Shown in pieces: positions 13,083 through 24,780 of a DNA stretch of 54,168 nucleotides; positions within the stretch are counted from its first letter, which is position 1; each line of letters starts with the position of its first letter. Made by a program: the position numbers and the translations under genes. Where the stretch lies: positions 52,130,378 to 52,184,545 of the forward strand of contig NC_068997.1 of the NCBI RefSeq assembly GCF_001194135.2. Direction: 5' to 3'. The notes under the pieces are model-generated. The model searched no databases. It saw only the letters and a program-made list of their open reading frames with translations, and was not told where the DNA came from. The stretch is from Octopus bimaculoides. Lineage: Eukaryota.

Positions 13083-13532
13083 ATATAGTAAGAGAGAGAA
13101 AAGTTCCTGGATTTGGATAAAAAGAAGTTCAATTAATTATAACTTCATTTAACATATTCCTTTCTCAGATTCACAAACTTATTGCAACAGTCCTTCAGTT
13201 TCTCTAAGCCCTGTAAAAGAACTCGGAAGGTTGGGCCTCCAACTAAGCCTTTCGGGATACTTTTAAAATCACTAACTTTTCAGCACCCACTCGTACGTCT
13301 GCTATATTTTCTGATATTATACATGATAGCAAAAATATTCTAATAAAGTTACTTGCATGTGACGACTAACACTGTAATTTCTATATAATGTCTTTTGAAA
13401 TCAGTAAAAAGATAGACTTCTTTCTGATTTGAAACTACATTGGTGTCCAATCTTCAAGCGTTTGTATGAATTACAAGATTAATGGAAAATATATAAAATA
13501 ATCTCAGTGAACAAAGGCAAAGAAATTAAACT

Positions 13533-13815
13533 GGCTCTCCGTCGGGCACGACGAGGAGGGTTCCAGTTGATCTGACCAATGGAATAGCTTGCTCGTGAAA
13601 TTAGCATGCAAGTGGCTGAGTACTCCACAGACATGCGTACCCATAACGTAGTTCAATAGGGGATTCACCGTGACATAGAATGTGACAAGGCTGGCGCTTT
13701 GAATTACAGGTACTCTTCATTTTTGCCATTTTGCCAGTTGAGTGAAATAAAGTGTCTTACTTAAGGACACAGAGTGCCGCTGGGAATCGAACTCAAAACA
13801 TTATAATCATTAGCT
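13533..13815 (-). mobile_element. SINE family C (tRNA head; shared 3-prime tail gaggtgctcagccacttgcacgttaatttcacgagc-like)
   Basis: Same tail as 19743-20098 and 27972-28340; short V-domain-like middle (gtccttaagtaagacactttattt). Confidence 0.75.
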
Positions 13816-13816
13816 G

Positions 13817-13902
13817 AATATATAACGTAGAGCATAGAAAGTAGGATAGTCTCTTACAGCTGTAAGAGACTCTCCTACTTTCTATGCTCTACGTTATATA
13901 TT
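13817..13902. repeat. 86-bp loopless palindrome with one mismatch
   Basis: Centre ACAG|CTGT at 13859/13860; 43-bp arms pair base for base except 13847/13872. Confidence 0.95.
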
Positions 13903-14899
13903 TTAATAATTACTGATATTTTCATATGTTATATATGTAAAGCATAATATGTTATACATGTATGTATATTGTTATAATTGTTTTTGTTTTTTTTTTATAA
14001 ATATATAGGCATAATATAATGTCTCAAAGTTGATGAATACTACCTCTTGATCCCCTCCATTTTCTTATTGCTGTATAATTTAAGGGTAAAAAAAACTGGC
14101 CCTCCAATTATATATATATAATTGGAGTGGCTTATTCGCAATTTTACAACCAGATGGCAGAATTATATACGTCAATAATGTGATTAGGGGCACTATTCAG
14201 TACCACTATTGCTAGAAATAAGAGTTAAAACCAACTCATAGCCACAAGAAGCACTTTATTTTCGTGACTGACTTGGGAACTGACAAGGTGAGCTGAGTTT
14301 AACCCAGGACGGCTGGGTGAGAGTCACTGAGGGGCATTAAAAAATGCGAAACCAGGTGATCTGGCTATGCCTAGATGATGAGAAAGCTTACCTCCCTTTT
14401 CAGCCATTAAAGTAAAGTTCTTCTATATCTGTCCCAGTCAGAACAGATATAGTTACATTCCAATAAGGGAGAGGGACTTAAATCAATCAGCGGGCTTATA
14501 GCTACAGATCAATTCGATGAGACAGGTATATATCGATCTGGTTGCCATAACTGCAACTTAATGCATTGATAACGTCTACTTTGATGTTTCCTCAAGTGTT
14601 TATTTTACACATATTTATTTACTTGGTTATATCGATATATTTTGTCGAATTGATTCACGTAAAATATCAATACTACATCGAGAACTGGAACAAAAATCCG
14701 TTAACTCCTCTAAACCCCTCGGTTTTTTTACTGACCCACATCACTGACCGGGAGGATGTCAAGAACCCTTCAAAGTACAAGGTTCCTGAAATAAACATGA
14801 TGGTAGTAGAGAGTATTGTTTGCATAACACGACCATCTGACAACGGAAGTTGACAGATGATGGTGTTAAAACGAGTTAACAACGTGAACGCGAACGCGA

Positions 14900-15082
14900 T
14901 CCAAATGCTTAGCGGTATTTCGTCTGCCATTACGTTCTGAGTTCAAATTCCGCCGAGGTCTACTTTGCCTTTTATTCTTTCGAGGTCGATTAAATAAGTA
15001 TCAGTTACGCACTGGGGTCGATCTAATCGACTTAATCCCTTTGTTTGTCCTCTCTATGTTTAGCCCTCTGTGGGCAATAAAT
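14900..15082 (+). mobile_element. SINE family A between the two copies of the local duplication
   Basis: Match to the family consensus, ending gtgggcaataaa. Confidence 0.85.
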
Positions 15083-15084
15083 AT

Positions 15085-15250
15085 ATGTGAGAGCTTCTGC
15101 ACAGTTTCCGTTTTCAAATTCTGATCGCAATATATATTGGTCAAACAAAGCTACGGTAAGTCACTTATCCAAAGTGGTGTTCAGTGAAATCGAACGCAGA
15201 ACCACGGCGTTGCTAAGCAAACTTCTATACCACACAACTGTGCCTGTACC
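15085..15250 (-). mobile_element. Old, diverged SINE family B 5-prime module
   Basis: acagtttccgttttcaaatt...cacttatccaaagtgg...accacacaactgtgcctg. Confidence 0.5.
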
Positions 15251-17514
15251 TACAATATAATACAATTGAATACATCACAACATAATGTAATATATGTTAG
15301 ATAAGATAATCCAGTCAGAACAGATATAGTTACATTTCTATGAGGGAGCGGGATTTTAAACAATCAGCGGGTATATAGCAACAAATCAATTCGATCAAAG
15401 ACAGGTATATATCGATCTGGTTGCCATAACTGCAACTTAATGCATTGATAACGTCTACTTTGATGTTTCCTCAAGTGTTTATTTTACACATATTTATTTA
15501 CTTGGTTATATCGATATATTTTGTCGAATTGATTCACGTAAAATATCAATACTACATCGAGAACTGGAACAAAAATCCGTTAACACTGCTAAACCCCTCG
15601 GTTTTTTTACTGACCCACATCACTGACCGGGAGGATGTCAAGAATCCTTTCAAGTACAAGGTTCCTGAAATAAAAATGATGGTGGTAGGGGGGTATTGTT
15701 TGCATAACACGACCATCTGACAACGGAAATTGACAGATGATGGTGTAAAAACGGGCTAACAACGCAAACGTGATCTAAGAGCTGAAGAGAGCCAACAGCC
15801 TTTTAATAGTCAGTATAAATGTATGTGCACGCAGACACACACATACATACACACACATATTCACACACATATATATACATATATATGTTCATACGAGTTG
15901 ATTACATTGACCCCAGTGTTTTATCAACCCCGAAGTTGAATGAAGATCTTCCTCAGCTAATACATCCTAAAATTTTGAAATGTATTAACTGAAGAAAGTC
16001 TTGCGTAAGAGATGTATTCCTATTTCATATTACATAATGACCTGCAACGTACGTATTAAATGATTTGAAAATATCAGTTCTTCGTTATTTTTATTATCAT
16101 AATTCACACAACTTGATGCCATTAGAAATTTGCCTGACTTGACTTCATTTGCACGGATTTTCTGACGACGAATTGGAGTTGTTTGTTGTATTTTATTCGA
16201 GTCGAAAATTCTGGTAACATGCATCGTTTCCAAGCATAACATGAAATATATATTTGTGAGTGGGTGTGCGTGTGGTTGAGTGTGTGTGTATATATATTTA
16301 CATATGCACATATATGTACATATATATACATNNNNNNNNNNNNNNNNNNNNNNNNNNNNNNNNNNNNNNNNNNNNNNNNNNNNNNNNNNNNNNNNNNNNN
16401 NNNNNNNNNNNNNNNNNNNNNNNNNNNNNNNNNNNNNNNNNNNNNNNNNNNNNNNNNNNNNNNNNNNNNNNNNNNNNNNNNNNNNNNNNNNNNNNNNNNN
16501 NNNNNNNNNNNNNNNNNNNNNNNNNNNNNNNNNNNNNNNNNNNNNNNNNNNNNNNNNNNNNNNNNNNNNNNNNNNNNNNNNNNNNNNNNNNNNNNNNNNN
16601 NNNNNNNNNNNNNNNNNNNNNNNNNNNNNNNNNNNNNNNNNNNNNNNNNNNNNNNNNNNNNNNNNNNNNNNNNNNNNNNNNNNNNNNNNNNNNNNNNNNN
16701 NNNNNNNNNNNNNNNNNNNNNNNNNNNNNNNNNNNNNNTATATATGTGTGTGTGTATATATATATAGCCTTACTTACGTACAGATAGGGATATACATACA
16801 TGCAAACAGGGATACATACATAAGTACAAATACATGTTGACTATTCACTGGTTATCGGTTATGACCACCATCTACGCTAAAATTACAGACGCATTGCTGT
16901 CCTGTCGTGCCCTCCCCTAATGACGAAGATATACAATAGTATGACAAAACCAAATCTCCACCTACAACAAAGTACAAAACTGTTTGAATAATCAGAGAAT
17001 CATAACTTTTCTCTCCTATACTACACCTTCTGTATGCCCTAACGAAGGAAGAAGCTAAGGAAATGGTAATATTTCATTGTTGCAGACATCCGTAATACCG
17101 CGATCGCCACGACAAAAAAGGTACACTGGCTATTTGGGTTCCAGTAAGTCCGAAACTTAGCTAACGCAAAAAGGGCCGAAAATGTGCCTACACATTAACT
17201 GTCAAAGCGACAAATGTTCGTCCAACACGAGTGACACTCTCTAGTGTTTGAAGACGCTAAACTGGCAAAAAGTAAGGGCAGATAAGATGGGCTTAGATTA
17301 CAAATCCTGCAGCTTGCAACTGAAAATGTCTCTCTCCTGAGTGTATATATGTGAGCATGTAAATCCACATATGTTCATAAGCACAAAGAAATCTATCTTT
17401 CTAAGTAGTTTGTTTTGTGAGTAAAAACAAAAAATAAACGCAGAAAGAAAAATTTCACAAATAAAACGTTGGGATCTGAAAATAGTGAAATCTTACCCTT
17501 ACTTTTATTCCTAG

Positions 17515-18117
17515 GACCCTTGTAACAATCCTCCACAGACTTCTGATAGAGCTGAGAAAACCTTTGAATTCTGGGATGACTCGGATTCAAGTGAAAGTGT
17601 TGATATCACGCATATAACCAAAGAAATGAATGATACCAGACGAACTCCGACCCCAGAACCAACACATTGCGACAGCAACTCAAGTTTCATAACAGAAATG
17701 GACTTCTTACATCAAAACAATGAACTGATTACAAATACATTCACATCCAACGATTTCCCGTCGTCGTATAATAAACCACTACAGCCCGTGTATAGTACAT
17801 ACTTAGCAGGACATCCTTTCCATTTGAATATGGACGTTGGTCGAATTGTACCTCGGTTTGAAACGAACGATTTAAATATGGCGGGCACTTCGTTAGAGCG
17901 AGGAAATCGCTTTGAAGGGGTACGGCAAGGGTGGGCTAGTACAAGTAATGAAAGTTCAACCGATATAGGGGTAGAAAAGCCACGTTTACGAACTCGATCC
18001 AAACGTACTCGAAGTGGCTCTTTTGTCAACAGCAATCAAGACTATAATATTCCACTGGCTCAAAAAGTTCTCCTTCAAAGAAGAATCTTAGCTGTTCATG
18101 AAAATATTGAGTGACAG
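17515..18117 (+). CDS. Large exon of the plus-strand gene (DPCNNPPQTSDRAEKTFEFWDDSDSSES...KPRLRTRSKRTRSGSF...RRILAVHENIE-stop-Q), with in-frame TGA at 18112-18114
   Basis: Strong acceptor cttacttttattcctag ends at 17514; 199 open codons in AT-rich DNA; donor CAG|gtagat at 18117/18118 in phase 0. S/T/N-rich and probably disordered; no domain recognised. Confidence 0.7.
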
Positions 18118-18144
18118 GTAGATATGGTTTCTTTATTACTGCAT

Positions 18145-18620
18145 GTTTCTCAACCACGGGCTTCCGGGTTCAGCTCCATTGTGGGGTACTTTGGGCAAGT
18201 ATCTTCCTCTAAAGCCTCGGGCCGGCCAAAAGTATTGTGAGTGGATTTGGTAGGCGGAAACTGAAAAAATCCCGGTGTATGTGTGTGNNNNNNNNNNNNN
18301 NNNNNNNNNNNNNNNNNNNNNNNNNNNNNNNNNNNNNNNNNNNNNNNNNNNNNNNNNNNNNNNNNNNNNNNNNNNNNNNNNNNNNNNNNNNNNNNNNNNN
18401 NNNNNNNNNNNNNNNNNNNNNNNNNNNNNNNNNNNNNNNNCACTCGATAACTGGTGGTGGTTTGTTTAGGACCTCTTAACATAGCAGTTCGACAAAAGCG
18501 ACAGATAGGATAAGTAAGAGTCTTAACAATAAAGTAAGTCCTGACGTCGATTCATTCGACTAAAAATTCTTCAAGGCGATGCCCCAGCCTGGCCACAGAC
18601 TGAAACAAGTAAAAAGATAC
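18145..18620 (+). mobile_element. SINE family B split by an assembly gap
   Basis: 5-prime module 18145-18290, 3-prime module 18441-18620. Confidence 0.8.
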
Positions 18621-18770
18621 AAATAGAGATAACTTACGTATAATGGTTTGCTTAGTTTGTTAAGGTTATTTCCACAGAAATTATAACCAGCACTGATTTC
18701 ATGCCACAACGTTTCGTATCAAGACGTCAGGTATAAACAAACAATGAGATCGAAGACAAAAATAGGTAAT

Positions 18771-18814
18771 GAGTGTATATGCCATTTTCGGAGTTTTTTC
18801 TCTTCCGTCAGCAG
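18771..18814 (-). ncRNA. Degenerate paralogous hammerhead motif
   Basis: CUGACGG-AAGAG-AAAAAA-CUCC-GAAA-AUGGCAUAUA-CAC; A9 to G change and a 1-nt loss in stem III; lies in the other copy of a ~150-bp local repeat. Confidence 0.35.
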
Positions 18815-19190
18815 CAACTTAACCCACTCTCGCCTCTGAACACATTGCTTATATAGCCACTGGTATTAAGTTATTGCATATACCAATTTACATATTAAAC
18901 GCATTCCTGGGGCTGGTATGTAGACATTAATGCCTTGTAGACACGTGGTATTTCGTTGCCTTGTAGGCACGTGGTATTTCGTTATGCAATCATAATATAC
19001 CATAAAGTATATTAAATGTTTTTTTATAAGTCAACACCACGTTCTACTGCGTTAGCAGTGCTCTTTACTTTGTTAATTTATTTTGTTAATTTCTACAGGA
19101 ATTTTAACCAGCACTGAGTTTTTGGTTATAACGTTTCGTATCGAAACGTCAGATGTAAACAATGAGATCGAAGATTAAAATGGCTAATGT

Positions 19191-19237
19191 GTGTATATGC
19201 CATATTTCGGAGAGGCGGAGTTCCCCTTCATCAGCAC
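19191..19237 (-). ncRNA. Type I hammerhead ribozyme motif
   Basis: Minus strand GUG-CUGAUGA-A-GGGGA(ACUCCGCC)UCUCC-GAAA-UAU(GGC)AUA-UA-CAC: complete core, 5-bp stem II, 4-bp stem III, AUA triplet, 3-bp stem I. Confidence 0.6.
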
Positions 19238-19742
19238 CCATCTGCTTCTGGTTGTCTTTGCTGCTCTTCTTGCTGCCGTTACAGCTATTAATGCTTATGT
19301 TGCTGTTTTGTGGCTGTTGAGGTTAATCTTAGCAAGACTTAATAGTTAAAATCCCAGATAGGAATCTGAACTATGGAGAATGAAATGAATCTAGGAGATA
19401 TACTAGCCTCACCTGTATGTATGCATATGCACACTACATACATACATACATTCATATGTATATATATATATANNNNNNNNNNNNNNNNNNNNNNNNNNNN
19501 NNNNNNNNNNNNNNNNNNNNNNNNNNNNNNNNNNNNNNNNNNNNNNNNNNNNNNNNNNNNNNNNNNNNNNNNNNNNNNNNNNNNNNNNNNNNNNNNNNNN
19601 NNNNNNNNNNNNNNNNNNNNNNNNNNNNNNNNNNNNNNNNNNNNNNNNNNNNNNNNNNNNNNNNNNNNNNNNNNNNNNNNNNNNNNNNNNNNNNNNNNNN
19701 NNNNNNNNNNNNNNNNNNNNNNNNNNNNNNNNNNNNNNNNNN

Positions 19743-20098
19743 ACGATGACGAGGGTTCCAGTTGAACGGATCAACGGAACAACCTGCTCGTGAAATTAAC
19801 GTGTAAGTGGCTGAGTACTCCACAAACACGTGTACCCCTAACGTAGTTCTCAGGGCGATTCAACGTGACACAGAGTGCGACTAGTATGGCCCTTTGAAAT
19901 ACAGATACAACACAAACAGAAAGAGTGAGAGAAAGTTGTGGTGAAAGAGTACAGCAGGGTTCGCCACCACCACGGAGCCTCGTGGAGCTTTTGGCGTTTT
20001 CGCTCAATAAACACTCGCAACGCCCTGTCTGGGAATCGAAACCGCGATCGTATGACCGTGAGTCCGCTGCCCTAACCACTGAGCCATTGTGCCTCCAC
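19743..20098 (-). mobile_element. SINE family C, long variant
   Basis: Minus strand begins ggaggcacaatggctcagtggttagggcagcggactcacgg...gtttcgattccc (A and B boxes). Confidence 0.85.
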
Positions 20099-20212
20099 TT
20101 ACTCTGTGTACCTACCAGATAGATCTAATTTACGAAGCTGTGTATCGATATAATGTATTATTTAGCATATCACTATAATGTAATTATATATCCATAATAT
20201 ATAACTATATCA

Positions 20213-20337
20213 ATCCTTTCAGGGTTGATTAAATAAGTACCAGTTACGCACTGGTGTCGATGTAATCGACTTAATCCCCTTGTCTGTCCTTGTTTGTCCC
20301 CTCTATGTTTAGCCCCCTTGTGAGCAATAAAGAAATA
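20213..20337 (+). mobile_element. SINE family A, 3-prime half
   Basis: atcctttcagggttgattaaataagtaccagttacgcac...aaagaaata. Confidence 0.8.
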
Positions 20338-20654
20338 TAGACTACATTTCCTTTATCATAACCATGCTTTATTGCTCTCTATTTACTCTGTGTTCTTATG
20401 TAACTTTATGAATATCTGTCTGCCCCAGTCGTCGAGAACCACAGCCACTATCTCCAATAATGTCACACATACAGACAAATGCGCACAGACACACATAACT
20501 AATGAAATAGGAAAACAGCAACGCTATTGATCGCCCATTGATCATTTCCTTGTGAAATCGTTAGTACCAAAGTCGGATAGCATAAACACACTCTTTTTCC
20601 TCACATCATTAATTATTAAAAAAATATTTTAATTGTAAAATCTGGGGGTAGAAC

Positions 20655-21080
20655 GCTGGCGTGGCTTTGTGGTTAGAGGCTTTGCTGCCCAACCGTCTGG
20701 TCTTCGGTTCGATCCCACTGGGAGGCACCTTGAACAATTGCATTCTACTAAGTCCTCGACCTTTTGAGTGCAATGGTAGACGGTAGCTGCAGGGTAGGCC
20801 GTACGTGCGGTAGCAAGACTCTGGACCTCACCACACCAGCCGGAAGACGTGGGCCTGGCTGTTCGAGAGTTTCTTCTAGCACACCTGACATTTGGCTGCC
20901 CAACTCGCCTGAAACTAGTCTGTAGATGCCAGACCAGCAAGGGGAAGCGGCTGACCTCCCCTGTTCGAAGGTTATAATGGACACAGGTTCGTGCGTCACG
21001 TAGCTAGCTAGAGGCGATGGCCTCTTGGAGCTAATCAATGGCAGCATTCGTCCTATTTTTTGGACTGCCATGTTGGCCTA
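20655..21080 (+). mobile_element. Old tRNA/CORE-like SINE head followed by about 280 bp of GC-richer unrelated sequence
   Basis: ggcgtggctttgtggttagaggc..cggttcgatcccactgggaggcaccttgaacaa matches the family B head; the 3-prime part does not match family B. Confidence 0.4.
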
Positions 21081-21523
21081 GCGATAACTATTAATATATA
21101 TGTATGTATATGAAAAATGCATTAAATACTACAAAATGTACACGTAGGACATCACCAGAACCCTAATACTTCATCAGTTATCGACCGAAAAATATTAATA
21201 CCTAGTTTCATGCTTTTAGCGATAAGACTAGGGACTTCATATATCGGCGGCACCCGCCTGATTTGCGGAGTATTAGGGCTCGAGTTATCTCTAATTATTT
21301 TGTTGAATATCATTTTTTCTATGCAGCAGTGCGTAATTAGTGATTTCAGCTGTTGTTTCTAGCAAAGTAAATGACTATCTGGTCTGCAGGAACAGACACA
21401 TGTTTGCACCTGTTTTGACTCTTCCGTTTTTCAGATCAGTCAAACGATGCATGTATCAGATCAAAGACATGTTCAAAAGCTCGCAAAAAATTGATACCAA
21501 ATCGATATAGACATGCATGCGTG

Positions 21524-21540
21524 TGTGAGAGAGAGAGAGG

Positions 21541-21625
<85 letters not shown>

Positions 21626-21650
21626 TGTGTGTGTGTGTGTGTGTGTGTGT
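21524..21650. repeat. Compound (GA)n(GT)n microsatellite
   Basis: Direct inspection. Confidence 0.95.
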
Positions 21651-22877
21651 ATACTGAGTATTACAGAGACAAAACTATTTCTCAACTGTTGTGCAACATT
21701 GATTAAACAAACGCCATTCTGTTTGATAAAAACAAATAGAATTACGGAATTAGAGAATACTAGACTAAAGCTAGGGTTTTTTTTTCCATTATCATAATTA
21801 TCATCGTATTGAATTATATAAGAAAGATAAATAGTACACTTGGTGACATTATGTCCGTATGCATGAATGAACGCATGCATTGATTGATACACGCCTCTAG
21901 ATGGATGGATAGATGGATGGATGTGTAATTTTCCTCTGAACTTTACGTTGATAAGAGGGTTCAAGTTAGCTGCTAACAAAGCGACAAGACTTCTTGAATT
22001 AAGAGAGTTCCTGGGGCATGTAAATATGTGATCAAATTAATATGTTGGTTGAGCTGTCAACGCTCACACCCCAAGTTATATGTCAAGACATGTGCTGCCA
22101 TACGTGCTTATAAGCTAAACTTTTGGTTAAGATGGTGAACAAGAATTAAACTATGCTAACTAAAACTTTCAAGAAATAAAATGGTTATACATTGTACCTG
22201 CAAAAGTTTTTGTAAAAATTTTTCGTTGTACCACGAACGTCCCCACCTAAATATGTTCTTTAGGATAAAGTGAAATATTGAACTTCAGAGAGAATAAAGT
22301 AAAACATAGCTATGAATAAAAGGAGAGTCAACGGCTATTCTATTAAAACCACTGGAAGTGAGAACTTCCCAGTTGTTGCCACAGCGTCCTTCTGTAAGAG
22401 GGACACTCTGATGTAAAACTCGCAGTTTCACATGATTACAGATCATCTGGCTTCGGCCTGTCACTGGGTAATAATCTTAGAGACTCACAGTGTAGTATTT
22501 GTGTTGTAATCCACAAATCCACAAATTATCGCTGGAATCCAATGACGTTCGGTTGTTTCTTTATGCTGACCTCATTTGCCATTGCATCTGCTGAAAGCCC
22601 TATGGCAATGGAAGAGTGGTCACGTGTGCAGAGCTAATCAGTTGGAAGCGCACAGTTATGGAGATCTGTAGTGGGACCAAATGGTCACTTGAGGGTTTAC
22701 GGACGGTGAGTCAATTATGTCATTGGTAACAAGAGACGGCAATCATCTGTGAATACGGAGCAATCACCATATAGGCATAAAAGTATGTACACACACACAT
22801 ATACGTGTATATGTACACACACACATATACGTGTATATGATTCTATTGCATATGGTTATATGCTTATGCGCATACAA

Positions 22878-22908
<31 letters not shown>

Positions 22909-22928
22909 CATACACACATATATAAATA

Positions 22929-22976
<48 letters not shown>

Positions 22977-23682
22977 NNNNNNNNNNNNNNNNNNNNNNNN
23001 NNNNNNNNNNNNNNNNNNNNNNNNNNNNNNNNNNNNNNNNNNNNNNNNNNNNNNNNNNNNNNNNNNNNNNNNNNNNNNNNNNNNNNNNNNNNNNNNNNNN
23101 NNNNNNNNNNNNNNNNNNNNNNNNNNNNNNNNNNNNNNNNNNNNNNNNNNNNNNNNNNNNNNNNNNNNNNNNNNNNNNNNNNNNNNNNNNNNNNNNNNNN
23201 NNNNNNNNNNNNNNNNNNNNNNNNNNNNNNNNNNNNNNNNNNNNNNNNNNNNNNNNNNNNNNNNNNNNNNNNNNNNNNNNNNNNNNNNNNNNNNNNNNNN
23301 NNNNNNNNNNNNNNNNNNNNNNNNNNNNNNNNNNNNNNNNNNNNNNNNNNNNNNNNNNNNNNNNNNNNNNNNNNNNNNNNNNNNNNNNNNNNNNNNNNNN
23401 NNNNNNNNNNNNNNNNNNNNNNNNNNNNNNNNNNNNNNNNNNNNNNNNNNNNNNNNNNNNNNNNNNNNNNNNNNNNNNNNNNNNNNNNNNNNNNNNNNNN
23501 NNNNNNNNNNNNNNNNNNNNNNNNNNNNNNNNNNNNNNNNNNNNNNNNNNNNNNNNNNNNNNNNNNNNNNNNNNNNNNNNNNNNNNNNNNNNNNNNNNNN
23601 NNNNNNNNNNNNNNNNNNNNNNNNNNNNNNNNNNNNNNNNNNNNNNNNNNNNNNNNNNNNNNNNNNNNNNNNNNNNNNNNNN

Positions 23683-23713
<31 letters not shown>

Positions 23714-24074
23714 TGAATGTATTAATGTATGTATATATGAATGTGTGTGTGTGTATAAATGTATCTTTATGTATATTCACGTGAATGTTTGTTTATATTA
23801 GTACGATGCAGTTGGATGTTGTCATCATTGACAATCAGCTTTTCCACAAACCGGAAACTCAATTAATTGCTTATCCGAGCGGAAGAAGACACCATTGTCT
23901 TCACCATAGGGAAAAGCCGTGTGGGAATTCGTATTGTCTGGTGACCCAATTAATTTCCTTTATGTTTTTTATTGAATTGCTCAATTTATGTCGCTATTGA
24001 ATTGCACATAGCCCTCGCAGGCCTTCAGATGTCTGTGAGGTATATATCGTTAACGCTCCTGTTGAACAGATACA

Positions 24075-24250
24075 ACATATGCGCAGTGAAGAAATCCATC
24101 CGTCTTTACGTTCTGAGTTCAAATGTCACCGAGATTGGCTTTGCCTTTTATACTTTCGGGGGTCGATGAAATAAGTACCAGTTGAACACTGGGCTGATGT
24201 AATCGACTTATTCGCTTCCCCGAAATTGCTGGCCTTGTGTTAAAACTTCA
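24075..24250 (+). mobile_element. SINE family A, diverged
   Basis: gtctttacgttctgagttcaaat...ttcgggggtcgatgaaataagtaccag. Confidence 0.75.
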
Positions 24251-24628
24251 AATCATTGTTAACCATTTTAGCATATTTCTGTTGAAATACATTGGCGTTT
24301 GTTTTAATTAATTTTGGAAATGATGAAGAACCAAGTGAAGAATTTTGCTGTTTTAATTCTGTTGTTCGGAGCATAAATTAGCATGAAATTTTAAATTTCA
24401 TTTTAATTTAGATTATTCTAAAACAGGAAGTCTATATCACAGAACCTGGGATGGATCTCTAGACGGGTCGGTACCAAAAAGATTAAGGAATATAAGCTGT
24501 GATATCGCTTTTCTGAAGCGTATGATGGTTGTCACTTTTGATGGTTCTGACGTATGATGGTTGAAGGAGACAAGATTAGCGTGACTCCTCCACCAACACA
24601 GCCACTACTGTCATTGGCGAACGGTTTC

Positions 24629-24780
24629 CACTAACGTAGCAATAAGGACACGGAGTTGGAGGTCCAACCCGGGCGGCACTATTTTTGGGTCTGCTATAGG
24701 CAATATAAGTTTTTCGTGGGGGCTCCCGGGCGGCAAATTGAAGGGCCACCCAGGGCGCACACACTCTAGCTATGCTAGTG
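24629..24780. mobile_element. hAT-like MITE, 152 bp
   Basis: Imperfect TIRs cactaacgtagc / gctatgctagtg (10 of 12); 8-bp TSD acggtttc (24621-24628) / acggcttc (24781-24788), 7 of 8. Confidence 0.7.

Larger units (their letters stand above)
14434..15778 (+). repeat. Local direct duplication, about 460-bp unit (14434-14895 and 15311-15778)
   Basis: Near-identical complex sequence; track ORFs 14566-14853 and 15445-15720 are its two translations. Confidence 0.9.
18665..19240. repeat. Diverged ~150-bp direct repeat (about 18665-18815 and 19090-19240), each copy carrying a hammerhead-like motif
   Basis: aaccagcactga...aacgtttcgtatc..acgtcag...aacaatgagatcgaaga...gtgtatatgccat..ttcggag in both copies. 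Confidence 0.85.

Noticed and set aside
16890-17143. Possible small exons 16890-16938 and 17086-17120
   Set aside because: They need an unseen phase-2 upstream exon; short and explicable by chance
19990-20098. tRNA-like sequences with A and B boxes (also in other SINE heads)
   Set aside because: They are SINE heads attached to SINE bodies and lack a complete cloverleaf
22300-22780. Complex sequence with an SDH-like motif on the minus strand, possibly an old LINE endonuclease
   Set aside because: Too degraded; no second motif to support the call
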